64,000 nt of DNA, from contig NC_134032.1 of NCBI RefSeq assembly GCF_964204645.1, positions 992,001 to 1,056,000 of the forward strand, read 5' to 3'. A program made the position numbers and the translations under genes. The notes beneath the pieces were generated by a model. The model saw only the letters and a program-made list of their open reading frames with translations. It did not search any database and had not been told where the DNA came from. This DNA is from Tubulanus polymorphus. Lineage: Eukaryota > Animalia > Nemertea. Shown piece by piece: positions 24,333-36,351 of this stretch. Position 1 is the stretch's first letter, and every line of letters begins with the position of its first letter.

Positions 24333-26660
24333 CAACATCACAAGCTCCTCGAGATGCCAGCCCTAGACAGAGAGACACTGAACAACATCACAGGTCCCAC
24401 GAGATACCAGCCCTAGACAGAGACACTGAACAACATCACAGGTCCCACGAGATACCAGCCCTAGACAGAGAGACACTGAACAACATCACAGGTCCCACGA
24501 GATACCAGCCCTAGACAGAGAGACACTGAACAACATCACAGGTCCCTCGAGATACCAGCCCTAGACAGAGAGACACTGAACAACATCACAGGTCCCACGA
24601 GATACCAGCCCCAGACAGAGAGACACTGAACAACATCACAGGTCCCACGAGATACCAGCCCCAGACAGAGAGACACTGAACAACATCACAGGTCCCACGA
24701 GATACCAGCCCTAGACAGAGAGACACTGAACAACATCACAGGTCCCACGAGATACCAGCCCTAGACAGAGAGACACTGAACAACATCACAGGTCCCACGA
24801 GATAACAGCCCTAGACAGAGAGACACTGAACAACATCACAGGTCCCACGAGATACCAGCCCCAGACAGAGAGACACTGAACAACATCACAGGTCCCACGA
24901 GATACCAGCCCCAGACAGAGAGACACTGAACAACATCACAGGTCCCACGAGATACCAGCCCTAGACAGAGAGACACTGAACAACATCACAGGTCCCACGA
25001 GATACCAGCCCTAGACAGAGAGACACTGAACAACATCACAGGTCCCACGAGATACCAGCCCTAGACAGAGAGACACTGAACAACATCACAGGTCCCACGA
25101 GATACCAGCCCCAGACAGAGAGACACTGAACAACATCACAGGTCCCACGAGATACCAGCCCTAGACAGAGAGACACTGAACAACATCACAGGTCCCACGA
25201 GATACCAGCCCTAGACAGAGAGACACTGAACAACATCACAGGTCCCACGAGATACCAGCCCTAGACAGAGAGACACTGAACAACATCACAGGTCCCACGA
25301 GATACCAGCCCTAGACAGAGAGACACTGAACAACATCACAGGTCCCACGAGATACCAGCCCTAGACAGAGAGACACTGAACAACATCACAGGTCCCACGA
25401 GATACCAGCCCTAGACAGAGAGACACTGAACAACATCACAGGTCCCACGAGATACCAGCCCCAGACAGAGAGACACTGAACAACATCACAGGTCCCACGA
25501 GATACCAGCCCTAGACAGAGAGACACTGAACAACATCACAGGTCCCACGAGATACCAGCCCTAGACAGAGAGACACTGAACAACATCACAGGTCCCACGA
25601 GATACCAGCCCTAGACAGAGAGACACTGAACAACATCACAGGTCCCACGAGATACCAGCCCTAGACAGAGAGACACTGAACAACATCACAGGTCCCACGA
25701 GATACCAGCCCTAGACAGAGAGACACTGAACAACATCACAGGTCCCACGAGATACCAGCCCTAGACAGAGAGACACTGAACAACATCACAGGTCCCACGA
25801 GATACCAGCCCTAGACAGAGAGACACTGAACAACATCACAGGTCCCACGAGATACCAGCCCTAGACAGAGAGACACTGAACAACATCACAGGTCCCACGA
25901 GATACCAGCCCTAGACAGAGAGACACTGAACAACATCACAGGTCCCACGAGATACCAGCCCTAGACAGAGAGACACTGAACAACATCACAGGTCCCACGA
26001 GATACCAGCCCTAGACAGAGAGACACTGAACAACATCACAGGTCCCACGAGATACCAGCCCTAGACAGAGAGACACTGAACAACATCACAGGTCCCACGA
26101 GATACCAGCCCTAGACAGAGAGACACTGAACAACATCACAGGTCCCACGAGATACCAGCCCTAGACAGAGAGACACTGAACAACATCACAGGTCCCACGA
26201 GATACCAGCCCTAGACAGAGAGACACTGAACAACATCACAGGTCCCACGAGATACCAGCCCTAGACAGAGAGACACTGAACAACATCACAGGCTCCTCGA
26301 GATACCAGCCCTAGACAGAGAGACACTGAACAACATCACAGGTCCCACGAGATACCAGCCCTAGACAGAGAGACACTGAACAACATCACAGGTCCCACGA
26401 GATACCAGCCCTAGACAGAGAGACACTGAACAACATCACAGGTCCCACGAGATACCAGCCCTAGACAGAGAGACACTGAACAACATCACAGGTCCCACGA
26501 GATACCAGCCCTAGACAGAGAGACACTGAACAACATCACAGGTCCCACGAGATACCAGCCCTAGACAGAGAGACACTGAACAACATCACAGGTCCCACGA
26601 GATACCAGCCCTAGACAGAGAGACACTGAACAACATCACAGGCTCCTCGAGATACCAGCC
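24333..26660. repeat. 50-bp satellite, ~47 nearly identical copies
   Basis: CAACATCACAGGTCCCACGAGATACCAGCCCTAGACAGAGAGACACTGAA; no spacers. Confidence 0.98.
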
Positions 26661-26935
26661 CTTAAATAAGCTGAACTTGTGTATGATACCGGTACTGGTA
26701 GACAGCACTGGTCCCACGAGACACCAGCCCTTAGATAGGCTGAACTTGTGTATGATACCGGTACTGGTACACAGGACAGGTCCCACGAGATACCAGCCCT
26801 TAAATAGGCTGAACTTGTGTATGATACCGGTACTGGTAGACAGGACAGGTCCCACGAGATACCAGCCCTTAGATAGGCTGAACTTGTGTAAGACCGGTAC
26901 TGGTAGACAGGACACTTCCCACGAGATACCAGCAG
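26640..26935. repeat. 69-bp minisatellite, ~4 copies, sharing a core with the 50-bp satellite
   Basis: Shared GGTCCCACGAGATACCAGCCCT core, different remainder. Confidence 0.9.
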
Positions 26936-28419
26936 TCATATCAACATTAACTGTCATTAACAAACACATCCCACGAGAAGCAGGCACTATTTAAAGCTTA
27001 ACGCCGGGTCTCGCATTCCCCACAGACCCGGCTGGCAAGACTGACATAAAATAGATCTTCAGCACTTGTCTAATTGACATTATAACCACAGCAATTGATG
27101 AATTTGACAGTAGTAGAGGCCTACAGTGACACGGTCAGCATCTTTAACATATCAGCTATAAACAGAGGTCGAGTTCATATCCCGATTACTGTGTAGAATC
27201 CTCCTAAATCAGTACTGTTCATCTCGGTAAACTTCAGCAGCTATATGTCAGAGCTATATGTCAGCAGATATATGTCAGAGCCATGTCAGCAGATATATGT
27301 CGTACACTTAACAATGAATACAACCCCTTTCTAATTCCAGCATATGTAGCATACTAAATATCAGTGTGATACCGATATCATATACCTCATCCACTGAGAA
27401 ATTGTCACTGACACAAGTGTTTGTTAATGACATCTCATAACAGCTCTGAGAGGAGGCCGTGAAACAGTCGCTATTTCTACGAAATATTATATCAATATGA
27501 TTTCGAAGCATTTGAGCATTTACATCGCAGTCGACTTCTCTTCAACCCGAGCCATATTTCAACTTTTTATGCACACAGATTTTGTCAGTTTTCCTTTACA
27601 TGTCTAAGAAAACTGACCAAAAACTCTCGACATTCTGGAACATTCGACATTTCACATGTGAAATACAATTTGACTATTCAAACAATTTGTTGCCGCTTCT
27701 CCTGAAAACTAACCCCTAGAAAGTCTGGTTTATTCGCATTTTGCCGCAAACGAATTCATCCTTCCATTTTTTCGGCAATATCGCGTGGGGGTAGACCCCT
27801 CATTTATCCTAGGCCTAACTACCTCAGCATCATTGAAGAAACTTATATGCCATTTATGGGACATGTAACTTTCTGTCAGACACAACATTGCCCTTTCAGA
27901 CAAATTGAATTGAAAAAGATGAACCATTAAGGATTTGTTACGTAAAGGATTCTGGTTTTCCGCGCTGCAGCCTATATGAGTCGACAATCTCGAGGCTTAA
28001 TTTACAGATAGCCTAGTTTATCTTGGAAAAATATCAAATAGAAAAATTATCTTCTTGAATATGAATAGTGCACGAGGGACTGCAGCACAGCCACGTGAGA
28101 ATGTGTGATAGATAAAATGTGTGATAGGTCAGCTTTCCGACAACAGTTTTCAATTTGATGAAATTGTTGAACTAAAGGAATTTGACACGAACAGACGAAC
28201 TGGGATTCAAAGTCTCCGTTCATTGAATGCCTCATTGCAGATATCATTATGTCTTTTGAAATGTCCTTTCATGTCGAAATTAAACCCACACAACTGTAAA
28301 ACTCAATACAAAGTCAATTGTAGATCTATAATTGACTAACTATAGGGAGAGCTGTCAAAGAACAGATGTCACTGTATGTAAACATACTCCTCCTCCCACC
28401 TCTAGAAACAGCTAACCAT

Positions 28420-28770
28420 AACCCTAGCTTCTGATTGGCTGGAGCTGGTCACCTGATATATGTATGCAAATAGCCCCAAGCACATGACCACTAACCCTAA
28501 CCTGTGATTGGCTGAAGCTGGTCACCTGATATAGGCCTATGTAAATAGCCCCAAGCGCATGACCACTAACCCTAACCCTAGCTTCTGATTGGCTGGAGCT
28601 GGTCACCTGATATATGCAAATAGCCCCAAGTATATGGTCACTAACCCTAACCCTAGCTTCTGATTGGCTGGAGCTGGTCACCTGATATATGCAAATAGCC
28701 CCAAGTATATGGTCACTAACCCTATGCTGGAGCTGGTCACCTGATGTCAACAAACTGGCCCCAGCCCTAG
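28420..28770. repeat. ~75-bp tandem repeat, 4-5 copies
   Basis: CTAGCTTCTGATTGGCTGGAGCTGGTCACCTGATATATGCAAATAGCCCCAAG...CTAACCCTAACC. Confidence 0.9.
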
Positions 28771-28789
28771 TGATTATGGGATACCATTG

Positions 28790-29120
28790 CAATGTGGAAC
28801 TGGATCTAGATCAAACCCACATAACTGTGGAACTGGATTAAATCAAACCCCCACAACTGTGGAACTGAATCCACAGTCAAATTAAACACCCACAACTGTG
28901 GAACTGGATCCAGAGTCAAATTAAACCAACTCAACTGTCTGTCGAACTGAATCCCCAGTCAAATTAAACCCATACAACCGTGGAACTGGATTCAGAGTCA
29001 AATTAAACCAACTCAACTGTGGAACTGGATTCACAGTCAAATTAAACCCATACAAGTTACAACTGTGGAACTGAATCCACAGTCAAATTAAACCCACATA
29101 ACTGTGGAACTGGATCCAGA
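28790..29120. repeat. Degenerate ~38-bp tandem repeat with MITE-derived core
   Basis: AACTGTGGAACTG(G/A)AT...GTCAAATTAAACC repeated ~8 times. Confidence 0.85.
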
Positions 29121-29695
29121 GATCTTGTTTGCTACCTTATTAAAATATTGTGTTAAAGGGTTAGGGTTTAGGGTAGTTTATACGCAACATATTGCGAAAC
29201 TCAGGGGCAAAGGACAAGGTACATTTTTGTGCGATGACATTGACAGGCGGGCGACGGATGCAGTTTCTTAATTTCCAATTGAAACCTTAAGAATTAAAGC
29301 CGCCAGTTTGCCATATTGATTTTTTCGGTAAATTGAACACACTATAGGCCTATCAGCAGACATTACAGTTAGGCCTACACTCTTCAACTAAATATCCTAC
29401 CAAATTATATAGTTATAGGCCTATCAAGTTTCATCAAAATAGAAGGGTAAAAGATCCAGGAGGAGTCAGAAAACTTCAAGCAAGGTTTTCAACACGGGTG
29501 GAAACGGGAGAAACTCCAGCTCAAGCTCCAGCACCCCAACTCCTCTTCATAATGGGATAGGCCTAAATCTAGATGATCAATAAATGATTAATCACAAGCA
29601 TAAAGAGATGCACGGTTAAAATAGCGGAAATAAACACTCTGCCGTATACTGTAAAATAACCACTGCCTTTATTTTTCGAAAAAAACTAAACTTAC

Positions 29696-30626
29696 TTTAA
29701 CTACTAACTAGGGCCTACACAGATAAACTTAAAACGGGAGTCCCAGTCCACAGCACCGCTGCTGCTGCTATGTGCAAGAAAGATTGTCAGTTCTCTTTTC
29801 ACCTCAGTCAGTCTCTGACTCAGCTCTGCAGTTAGTTGACACTGATAGGTTTGAGGAGATCGAGAAGAGTGGAGTCAGGCGTCAATCAGTCATAATAGAA
29901 ATTATCCGCATCTCTCGCATTGATGACTCTGATGCCATCGACAACTCGCGAGGAAGCGATGTATCAAATTTCAGATTTTCGTTGGCTGCGCTATTCTTTG
30001 ATATTCCTTCTCTAACTTTAGGCCTATCTGAAATTCAAACTGGCTGTAAACTGGCCCGATAACCCACAATAAAGATAATTTGAATTTATTCAAGCTCTGG
30101 CAGTCGAGGAATCCACGCGACGAGCTATTTACCGAAATTGGCCGATATAGAAATTCAATAGGCGGGGTGCCGGGTGTAGATTAGATTCCAAAAAAAACAG
30201 CTCGTGTGTAGTCCCGTAGAATAATAAAATTTCAGGTATTGAAGTTTTTGGTAGAGTGAAATTAGAGGTAATCTCTGAATAAGTTTTTTTTTTCGAAAAG
30301 CCGCCAATGATCTTCCATGAGGCCGTGTCCGGATTTTTATTACAACGATAATTTATTTCAGCAAATAACGGGATTAAAAAAGTGAATGAATCCAATAAAT
30401 TATGTATCATTTCGCGGCTCTAGAGCCCGGGAGTCTCCGAGCTCCGGGTTGGAGGACTGCCATGCCGCGATATGGATACCCCGATTAGGATATTCTCGGA
30501 GCTACCCATTTCTCGTTCAGTCTACTAGTAAATACAGTAGGTGCTAACGACATACACCACATGCGCGCTGAACAGCACGTCGACGGATTAATCATCATCG
30601 CCCTTTACTTTACGATCAGTTTGCAG
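29696..30626. promoter_or_regulatory. Putative bidirectional promoter / non-coding first exons of EXTL3 (-) and ZNF706 (+)
   Basis: Outward-facing candidate donors: minus GTAAGT at 29695 and plus CAG|GTAAAC at 30627. Both coding starts are preceded by acceptors, so upstream exons are expected; unique sequence between head-to-head genes. Confidence 0.4.
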
Positions 30627-30967
30627 GTAAACTTCCTAAGCGATTCACCTAAATCCCGAATTCCGCCAATGTTCTCATTTTCAATTGACAACGAATTATT
30701 TTTAGGCTATCGAAATAAACAATGTCAAACCCGAACGAACTGATGATCGTTGTCTTATTGAATTGAATTGATGAATGATCGATTTGTCGAGTAGAATATG
30801 ACAGCAGGATCACTGACAGACACTTGAAGAATATGGGGCTTCAATTACTGAACTTTAACAATTATTGATAATCCATGATTAGAGATGGACTGCCCCGTGT
30901 TCTTGTTCTCAGTCAGTCACCCGCAATCTGAATTTCTGACGGATGACGGATTGGATCCAAAAATGAA

Positions 30968-31270
30968 CGCTGTGGCTACTCCTCGTACGGATTACTCTGG
31001 AGGTTTCCTGAAAATTTAAGGAAAGTGTGGGGAATATAGTTAGAGAAAAATAGAGCGGATCGAGGGAGACTCGAACCCGGGCCAGTAAATTACTAGCGCA
31101 GCATCATACCACTAGACCACCGAGCTCGCTGTCAGCCGAATGGTTTAACTACATATAGCCTCACCTTACCCTAACCCTATACCTTCACGTACGAACCGGA
31201 GTAATCCGTACGGGTGCGTACGAATAGCCTACGGAATTATTCGTACGTGTCCGTACGAGTAGCCACTTCG
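30968..31270. mobile_element. 303-bp TIR element with 9-bp TSD carrying a tRNA-like cassette
   Basis: TSD AAAAATGAA (30959-30967, 31271-31279); TIR CG(CT/AA)GTGGCTACT; internal IR CGTACGGATTACTC. Confidence 0.7.
31046..31125 (-). pseudogene. tRNA-derived (tRNA-Pro-like) sequence with A box, B box and T5
   Basis: Minus strand GCTCGGTGGTCTAGTGGTATGATGC...CCCGGGTTCGAGTC...CTATTTTT; anticodon arm and acceptor stem do not pair. Confidence 0.6.
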
Positions 31271-32020
31271 AAAAATGAAGTTACCCATGCCATGACAATC
31301 TAATAATGCGCGCCCGCCAGGCCGTAGTCTATCTGTGCTGTATGTTGGAAGCTATCCTCTGTGATGCTAAGCTTACGCCAGCTCGGGTACAGACAGCTGA
31401 CGTTACTTCGCAGCAGTCCTGACAGGTTGAATTTTGGGTATTGCTGACACATGTCTTACACGCCGTCTAGTGATTGTATTTCCAAATATCTGTTTAATAT
31501 CAAGATTTATATCTGATTTTTATATCTGAGATAGGATAGTTTACTGCCTAGGGACCCTGTTGCACCTTGAGTAACATCAGAAATAAATATGGCCGATTTC
31601 CCAGTATCAAAGCCCATATTCAAATGTCTGTAACATACATGTAGACTTTCCTATGTTAGTTGTTCTGATCACTGATTTGTTGTACAAAATTTGGCCTCTA
31701 TGGTTCTCACAGCCGTCCCGCTTTTTTGCTGAACTAAAACTTTTTTTTCATGTTCCTTCCTCTCGTAATGAATATCATGATTTTCATAGCCGGATTCGCT
31801 CAGAATCAATCTCAGAGCTCGGGAAAATCGAAATACAGCTGCGCGGCAATGACATACTTTATCGGATCATCAACTGAAATTTCTTTTCCGACGGCCCTGT
31901 TTCATACTGAATGCATCCAAGTAGCGTATAACATAGTAGTTGAGGGGCCTAGCTTCTTAGAAAATGTACAAAAGCCCAATACATGATGTCAGTTTGTCGA
32001 TGATATTTCGCAGAAACAGA

Positions 32021-32155
32021 ATGGCTCGTGGTCACCAGAAAGCGTTGTCGCAACAGAAAAATGCTGAAAAACAAGCGAAGATGAAGAAAGCGCAAGGCTC
32101 CAATCAGAAAAACGCGGCGCAGAAATGTCTGATATTCGCTTGTACGGTTTGTAAG
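32021..32155 (+). CDS. ZNF706: Zinc finger protein 706, coding exon 1
   Basis: MARGHQKALSQQKNAEKQAKMKKAQGSNQKNAAQKCLIFACTVCK; acceptor CAG at 32011-32013, donor GT at 32156. Confidence 0.95.
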
Positions 32156-32243
32156 GTAATTGTATTCGTAAAATAACTATCCAGGGCCGTTCGTTTTCTG
32201 CTGCCCGGTGAACTGAAACTGAGATATTTGCGATATTTTTCAG

Positions 32244-32348
32244 GCTCAGATGCCCGACCCGAAAACCTACTTACAACATTTCCAAAGTAAACACCCAAAA
32301 TCGCCGCTACCAGCTGAATTACAACAGGCTCCAGCAGCGACCTCTTAG
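32244..32348 (+). CDS. ZNF706: ZNF706 coding exon 2 (79 aa total)
   Basis: AQMPDPKTYLQHFQSKHPKSPLPAELQQAPAATS*; stop TAG overlaps donor TA|GTAAGT and is rebuilt as TA|G with the acceptor at 33333. Confidence 0.92.
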   Translation, partial: AQMPDPKTYLQHFQSKHPKSPLPAELQQAPAATS

Positions 32349-33285
32349 TAAGTATCAACACCCCCTCCCCCCCCCTACCAGCTGAATTACAACAGGCTCC
32401 AGCCGCGACCTCTTAGTAAGTATCAACTCCCCCTCCCCCTACCAGCTGAATTACAACAGGCTCCAGCCGCGACCTCTTAGTAAGTATCAACACCCCCTCC
32501 CCCCCTACCAGCTGAATTACAACAGGCTCCAGCCGCGACCTCTTAGTAAGTATCAACACCCCCTCCCCCTACCAGCTGAATTACAACAGGCTCCAGCCGC
32601 GACCTCTTAGTAAGTATCAACACCCCCTCCCCTACCAGCTGAATAACAAAACTGGCAGACACCCTCCCCGCCCCTCTACTGATGAAATCACCCCTAACAG
32701 CTAGATAACAAAATGGTCCGACAGACACCCCCTTCCCCTACCAGCTGAATAACAAAACACCCTCCCTCCACCTCACCCCCACCCCTCTACTGATGAAATC
32801 AACCCTAACAGCTAGACAACAAAATGGTCCGACAGACACCCCCTTCCCCTACCAGCTGAATAACAAAACACCCTCCACCCCACCCCCACCCCTCTACTGA
32901 TGAAATCAACCCTAACAGCTAGACAACAAAATGGTCCGACAGACACCCCCTTCCCCTACCAGCTGAATAACAAAACACCCTCCACCCCACCCCCACCCCT
33001 CTACTGATGAAATCAACCCTAACAGCTAGACAACAAAATGGTCCGACAGACACCCCCTTCCCCTACCAGCTGAATAACAAAACACCCTCCCTCCACCCCA
33101 CCCCCATCCCTCTACTGATGAAATCAACCCTAACAGCTAGATAACAAAATGGTCCGACAGACACCCCCTTCCCCTACCAGCTGAATAACAAAACACCCTC
33201 CACCCCACCCCCACCCCTCTACTGATGAAATCAACCCTAACAGCTAGATAACAAAATGGTCCGACAGACACCCCCTCCCCCTCTA
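32307..33285. repeat. Tandem copies of the ZNF706 exon end plus donor (~65 bp x5), then ~117-bp C-rich units x5
   Basis: CTACCAGCTGAATTACAACAGGCTCCAGCCGCGACCTCTTAGTAAGTATCAAC repeated; the longer unit retains CTACCAGCTGAAT. Confidence 0.93.
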
Positions 33286-34554
33286 TTTAATCATGATGTG
33301 CTTGTTATTGTATTCACTGTTTTTATATTTCAGGTATATTGTCTCTGAACCACAGACATACAGATAGACAGCTGTCTATTGCTATTCCATACTGAAAACT
33401 TTGAATTAATGTTTCACGTGCTACAAGAAAGGATTGCTTAGGACATTCGAATAGAACATACGTGGCTAATGCTTAAAAACACTGCGGATGGATGCATGTA
33501 TAAAAGGCTCTATTGCGTTCTGAACTCTATGCGGTTATATAACTCATTGTATGAGTTCTAAACTTAGGGAGTTATACATTTTGTGGTGGTTGATATGAAT
33601 TGTGAACTCATTGTGTATGAACTCATTTCTCTGTGGTGGTGGTAGATAGTGGGGTAGTTCGGCCAAACTCCAGCTGTTCATTAAATTGACCCCCACAGCT
33701 TTTTTAGCCCGCTTGGGGCTTCACTCCTAAAGGGCTAGTGCATTAGCTTTTCAGTCATTCTTTCTGAATTCATTTCATTGGTCATTTCGGGATATTTTCA
33801 TCTCGTATAGAATTGGGGGTACCCAGATTTTTGTTCTTGCCACCAGGGGGAGTTAAATATTAAACAGTGTATTCAATTTGTATATCTATATTTGTCTATG
33901 CATATTTTGTAGCGGCCTTACCAATGGCAAAATTATGTTCTATGATTGGGGTTAGAGTTTAAACGTCATCGGTTTCTATAAATGTTCACCAGGGGGCGTT
34001 GAATATTGAAATTGTTAGATCGTGGAGCATTTCAGTGGTTTCCCAAAGTGGGTGCGGCGTCACCGAATTAACGTATAATAATTATGATGTAATGAAGATA
34101 TTTAATCGATTTTAATGTTACCATGACACTTGTTTCAATAAACTCACCTTCCTCAATTTCAATAAACTATGGTAAAGGGGTGATAAGTTTTGCTATCTGC
34201 TTCGAAGCTTAGCCCATCATTTATTTGACATGTATCATATTAGCGCAACTATCCCAATCATTGAGCCTCACAATCATAAGACCCTCGCAATCTTAATTAC
34301 ACAATCATCTTAGACTTTAACGCAATCATTGACACTCACAATCATTGAGCCATGCAATCTCAGTGAAGCCCACCTATTCGAATCTAAAATCCCGATGAAA
34401 TCAATCGAATTTTCGCTGATATCTGATGGCATCATGTTGTCCTGATCTGGATTTTGAAAATCTTGTTTAATTAAATGTTGTGAAAGTGTAGTTTTACTAA
34501 AAGGAACTTTTGTTAAATTCCTGTACAATTTGTATGAGTTTTATTTGATGTAAG

Positions 34555-35015
34555 GATGATCCACTGTACACTTATTGTACATCCCCCTCAGTTAATGATG
34601 ATCCACTGTACACTTATTGTACATACGCCTCAGTTAATGATGATCCACTGTACACTTATTGTACATCCGCCTCAGTTAATGATGATCCACTGTACACTAA
34701 TTGTACATCCGCCTCAGTTAATGATGATCCACTGTACACTTATTGTACATCCGCCTCAGTTAATGATGATCCACTGTACACTTATTGTACATCCGCCTCA
34801 GTTAATGATGATCCACTGTACACTTATTGTACATCCGCCTCAGTTAAAGATGATCCACTGTACACTTATTGTACATCCGCCTCAGTTAATGATGATCCAC
34901 TGTACACTTATTGTACATCCGCCTCAGTTAAAGATGATCCACTGTACACTTATTGTACATCCGCCTCAGTTAATGATGATCCACTGTACACTAATTGTAC
35001 ATCCATCTCAGTTAT
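34555..35015. repeat. 42-bp minisatellite x11, probably in ZNF706 3' UTR
   Basis: ATGATCCACTGTACACTTATTGTACATCCGCCTCAGTTAATG; tandem AATAAA signals follow at ~35150. Confidence 0.93.
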
Positions 35016-35280
35016 ATATATTTTCATCGCATTGTTGTACATGTGTAATTCATATGATCCACTCTGAAGAATTAATGTGGATTTCATGTGGAAAGATGAA
35101 TGTGGATAAGGATTTCTTTGTATATATTCTCAACTCTTTGCTGTTTACAAATAAAAATAAAACAGAAATTCATTCGTTTTTTTAATTTGTATAGTTCCAC
35201 ATTAGCGAGTTAGAATTAATTCATTTTCAATTAGTTCAGTTCAGTTCACTCTGAGTAAAATCGTAATTCACAACTATGTA

Positions 35281-35613
35281 AGGCTAAAAAAAATCGATAC
35301 CTCGTTTCTCCGCTCTGCTGAGCTTAAATGTTGACCCGGCCGGCCGCCTATCTACCCTGTACATTGAGGAGAGAATCCCACAATGATAATAAAAAGTCCG
35401 AAAATGAAACTTCGAGATAGTAGTTTATTTCAACGTTTCGACTATATCCTAATAGTCATCTTCAGGAATGTACATTACTTTTTTTTAAATCGTGATCAAT
35501 TTTACCATAACAGACCCGGCCGCTATAGAAATGAACTGTTTATAAATTTTATCATATTTTACATAAATGACCCGGCCGCTGCGGAGAAACAAGGTATCAT
35601 TTTTGTTTAGCCT
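35281..35613 (+). mobile_element. ~225-bp MITE family (other copies ~46551-46773 and reversed ~60364-60584); this copy has a nested insert
   Basis: ~33-bp TIR AGGCTAAA...GATACCTTGTTTCTCCGC / GCGGAGAAACAAGGTATC...TTTAGCCT. Confidence 0.85.
35366..35468 (-). mobile_element. Short Penelope-like pLTR fragment with minimal hammerhead ribozyme core
   Basis: Absent from the 46.6 kb MITE copy; flanked by TGTACATT duplication; minus strand CTGAAGA-T-GACTAT-TAGGAT-ATAGTC-GAAACGTT. Confidence 0.6.
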
Positions 35614-36351
35614 AACTGATTATTGGTTTCTACAGCTGCACGGGGAACTGGTGCCGATTCAATGTTACCCCAGGTTCACTTCGTAGGCCTATACCTGTAC
35701 ATGGAGTGTTGAACACGTGTGTCTCCACAGGTGTGTAACACGTGTTACAGACGTCGTAGAGAAATAATCATAAATCAAGAAAGCCTCTTGAAATACAGTT
35801 TAATCCCTGAGATTTCAGAATACGGTACGGATATTAAACCACTGATTTCAGAAACAACTACAGAAAACCAGCCGCGGAACTACAAACTGCAGGAACCGTA
35901 ACAGAAATTCTGCAAAACCTATTTTTGGCAATCCAAATTTTGCAGAATATGTCTAACTACATTCATCACACTCATAATGTCTATATAATGATTACCACTT
36001 GATGAAGCTGCATGTATCTCACGTGAACGTGTTTGCGCAAAATTAACGATCCTCGATTTAGAAAGAAGTTTAAATTTTCACCGGGATTGTCATATGATAT
36101 AATCATGAGATTTAACTATATATGTGGAGCGGCTCTGACAGTCGTTTCGAGGCTGACGCACTGCTGATTCGCTTATACAACCCGGTCTTACGGTCGTTTG
36201 CCGTTAATTAAGATGATGGCTTGAAAAAGCCCCGGGCTTTTTAACGTTGACTCTGCCAGGTTTCTGAGAGAGGACTCACAAAGTGGTTCCCACTGGAATA
36301 GACGTGTAAACGCCAGAAATAGATCGCGGGCGGTCAACACGTGGAAATACA

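Noticed and set aside
24333-26660. CRISPR-like array
   Set aside because: Head-to-tail identical units without unique spacers; no cas genes; eukaryotic intron.
27308-28339. Possible degraded coding or TE sequence (also 37093-37879, 40401-40634)
   Set aside because: Short broken ORFs with no motif I can recognise reliably; a translated profile search is needed.
29155-29175. Telomere or interstitial telomeric array
   Set aside because: Only 2-3 imperfect TTAGGG units.
31046-31125. Functional tRNA gene
   Set aside because: Acceptor and anticodon stems do not pair; embedded in a TIR element.
32630-33285. Hammerhead ribozymes in the ~117-bp repeat (CTGATGA in each unit)
   Set aside because: No stem II and no GAAA at the required position.
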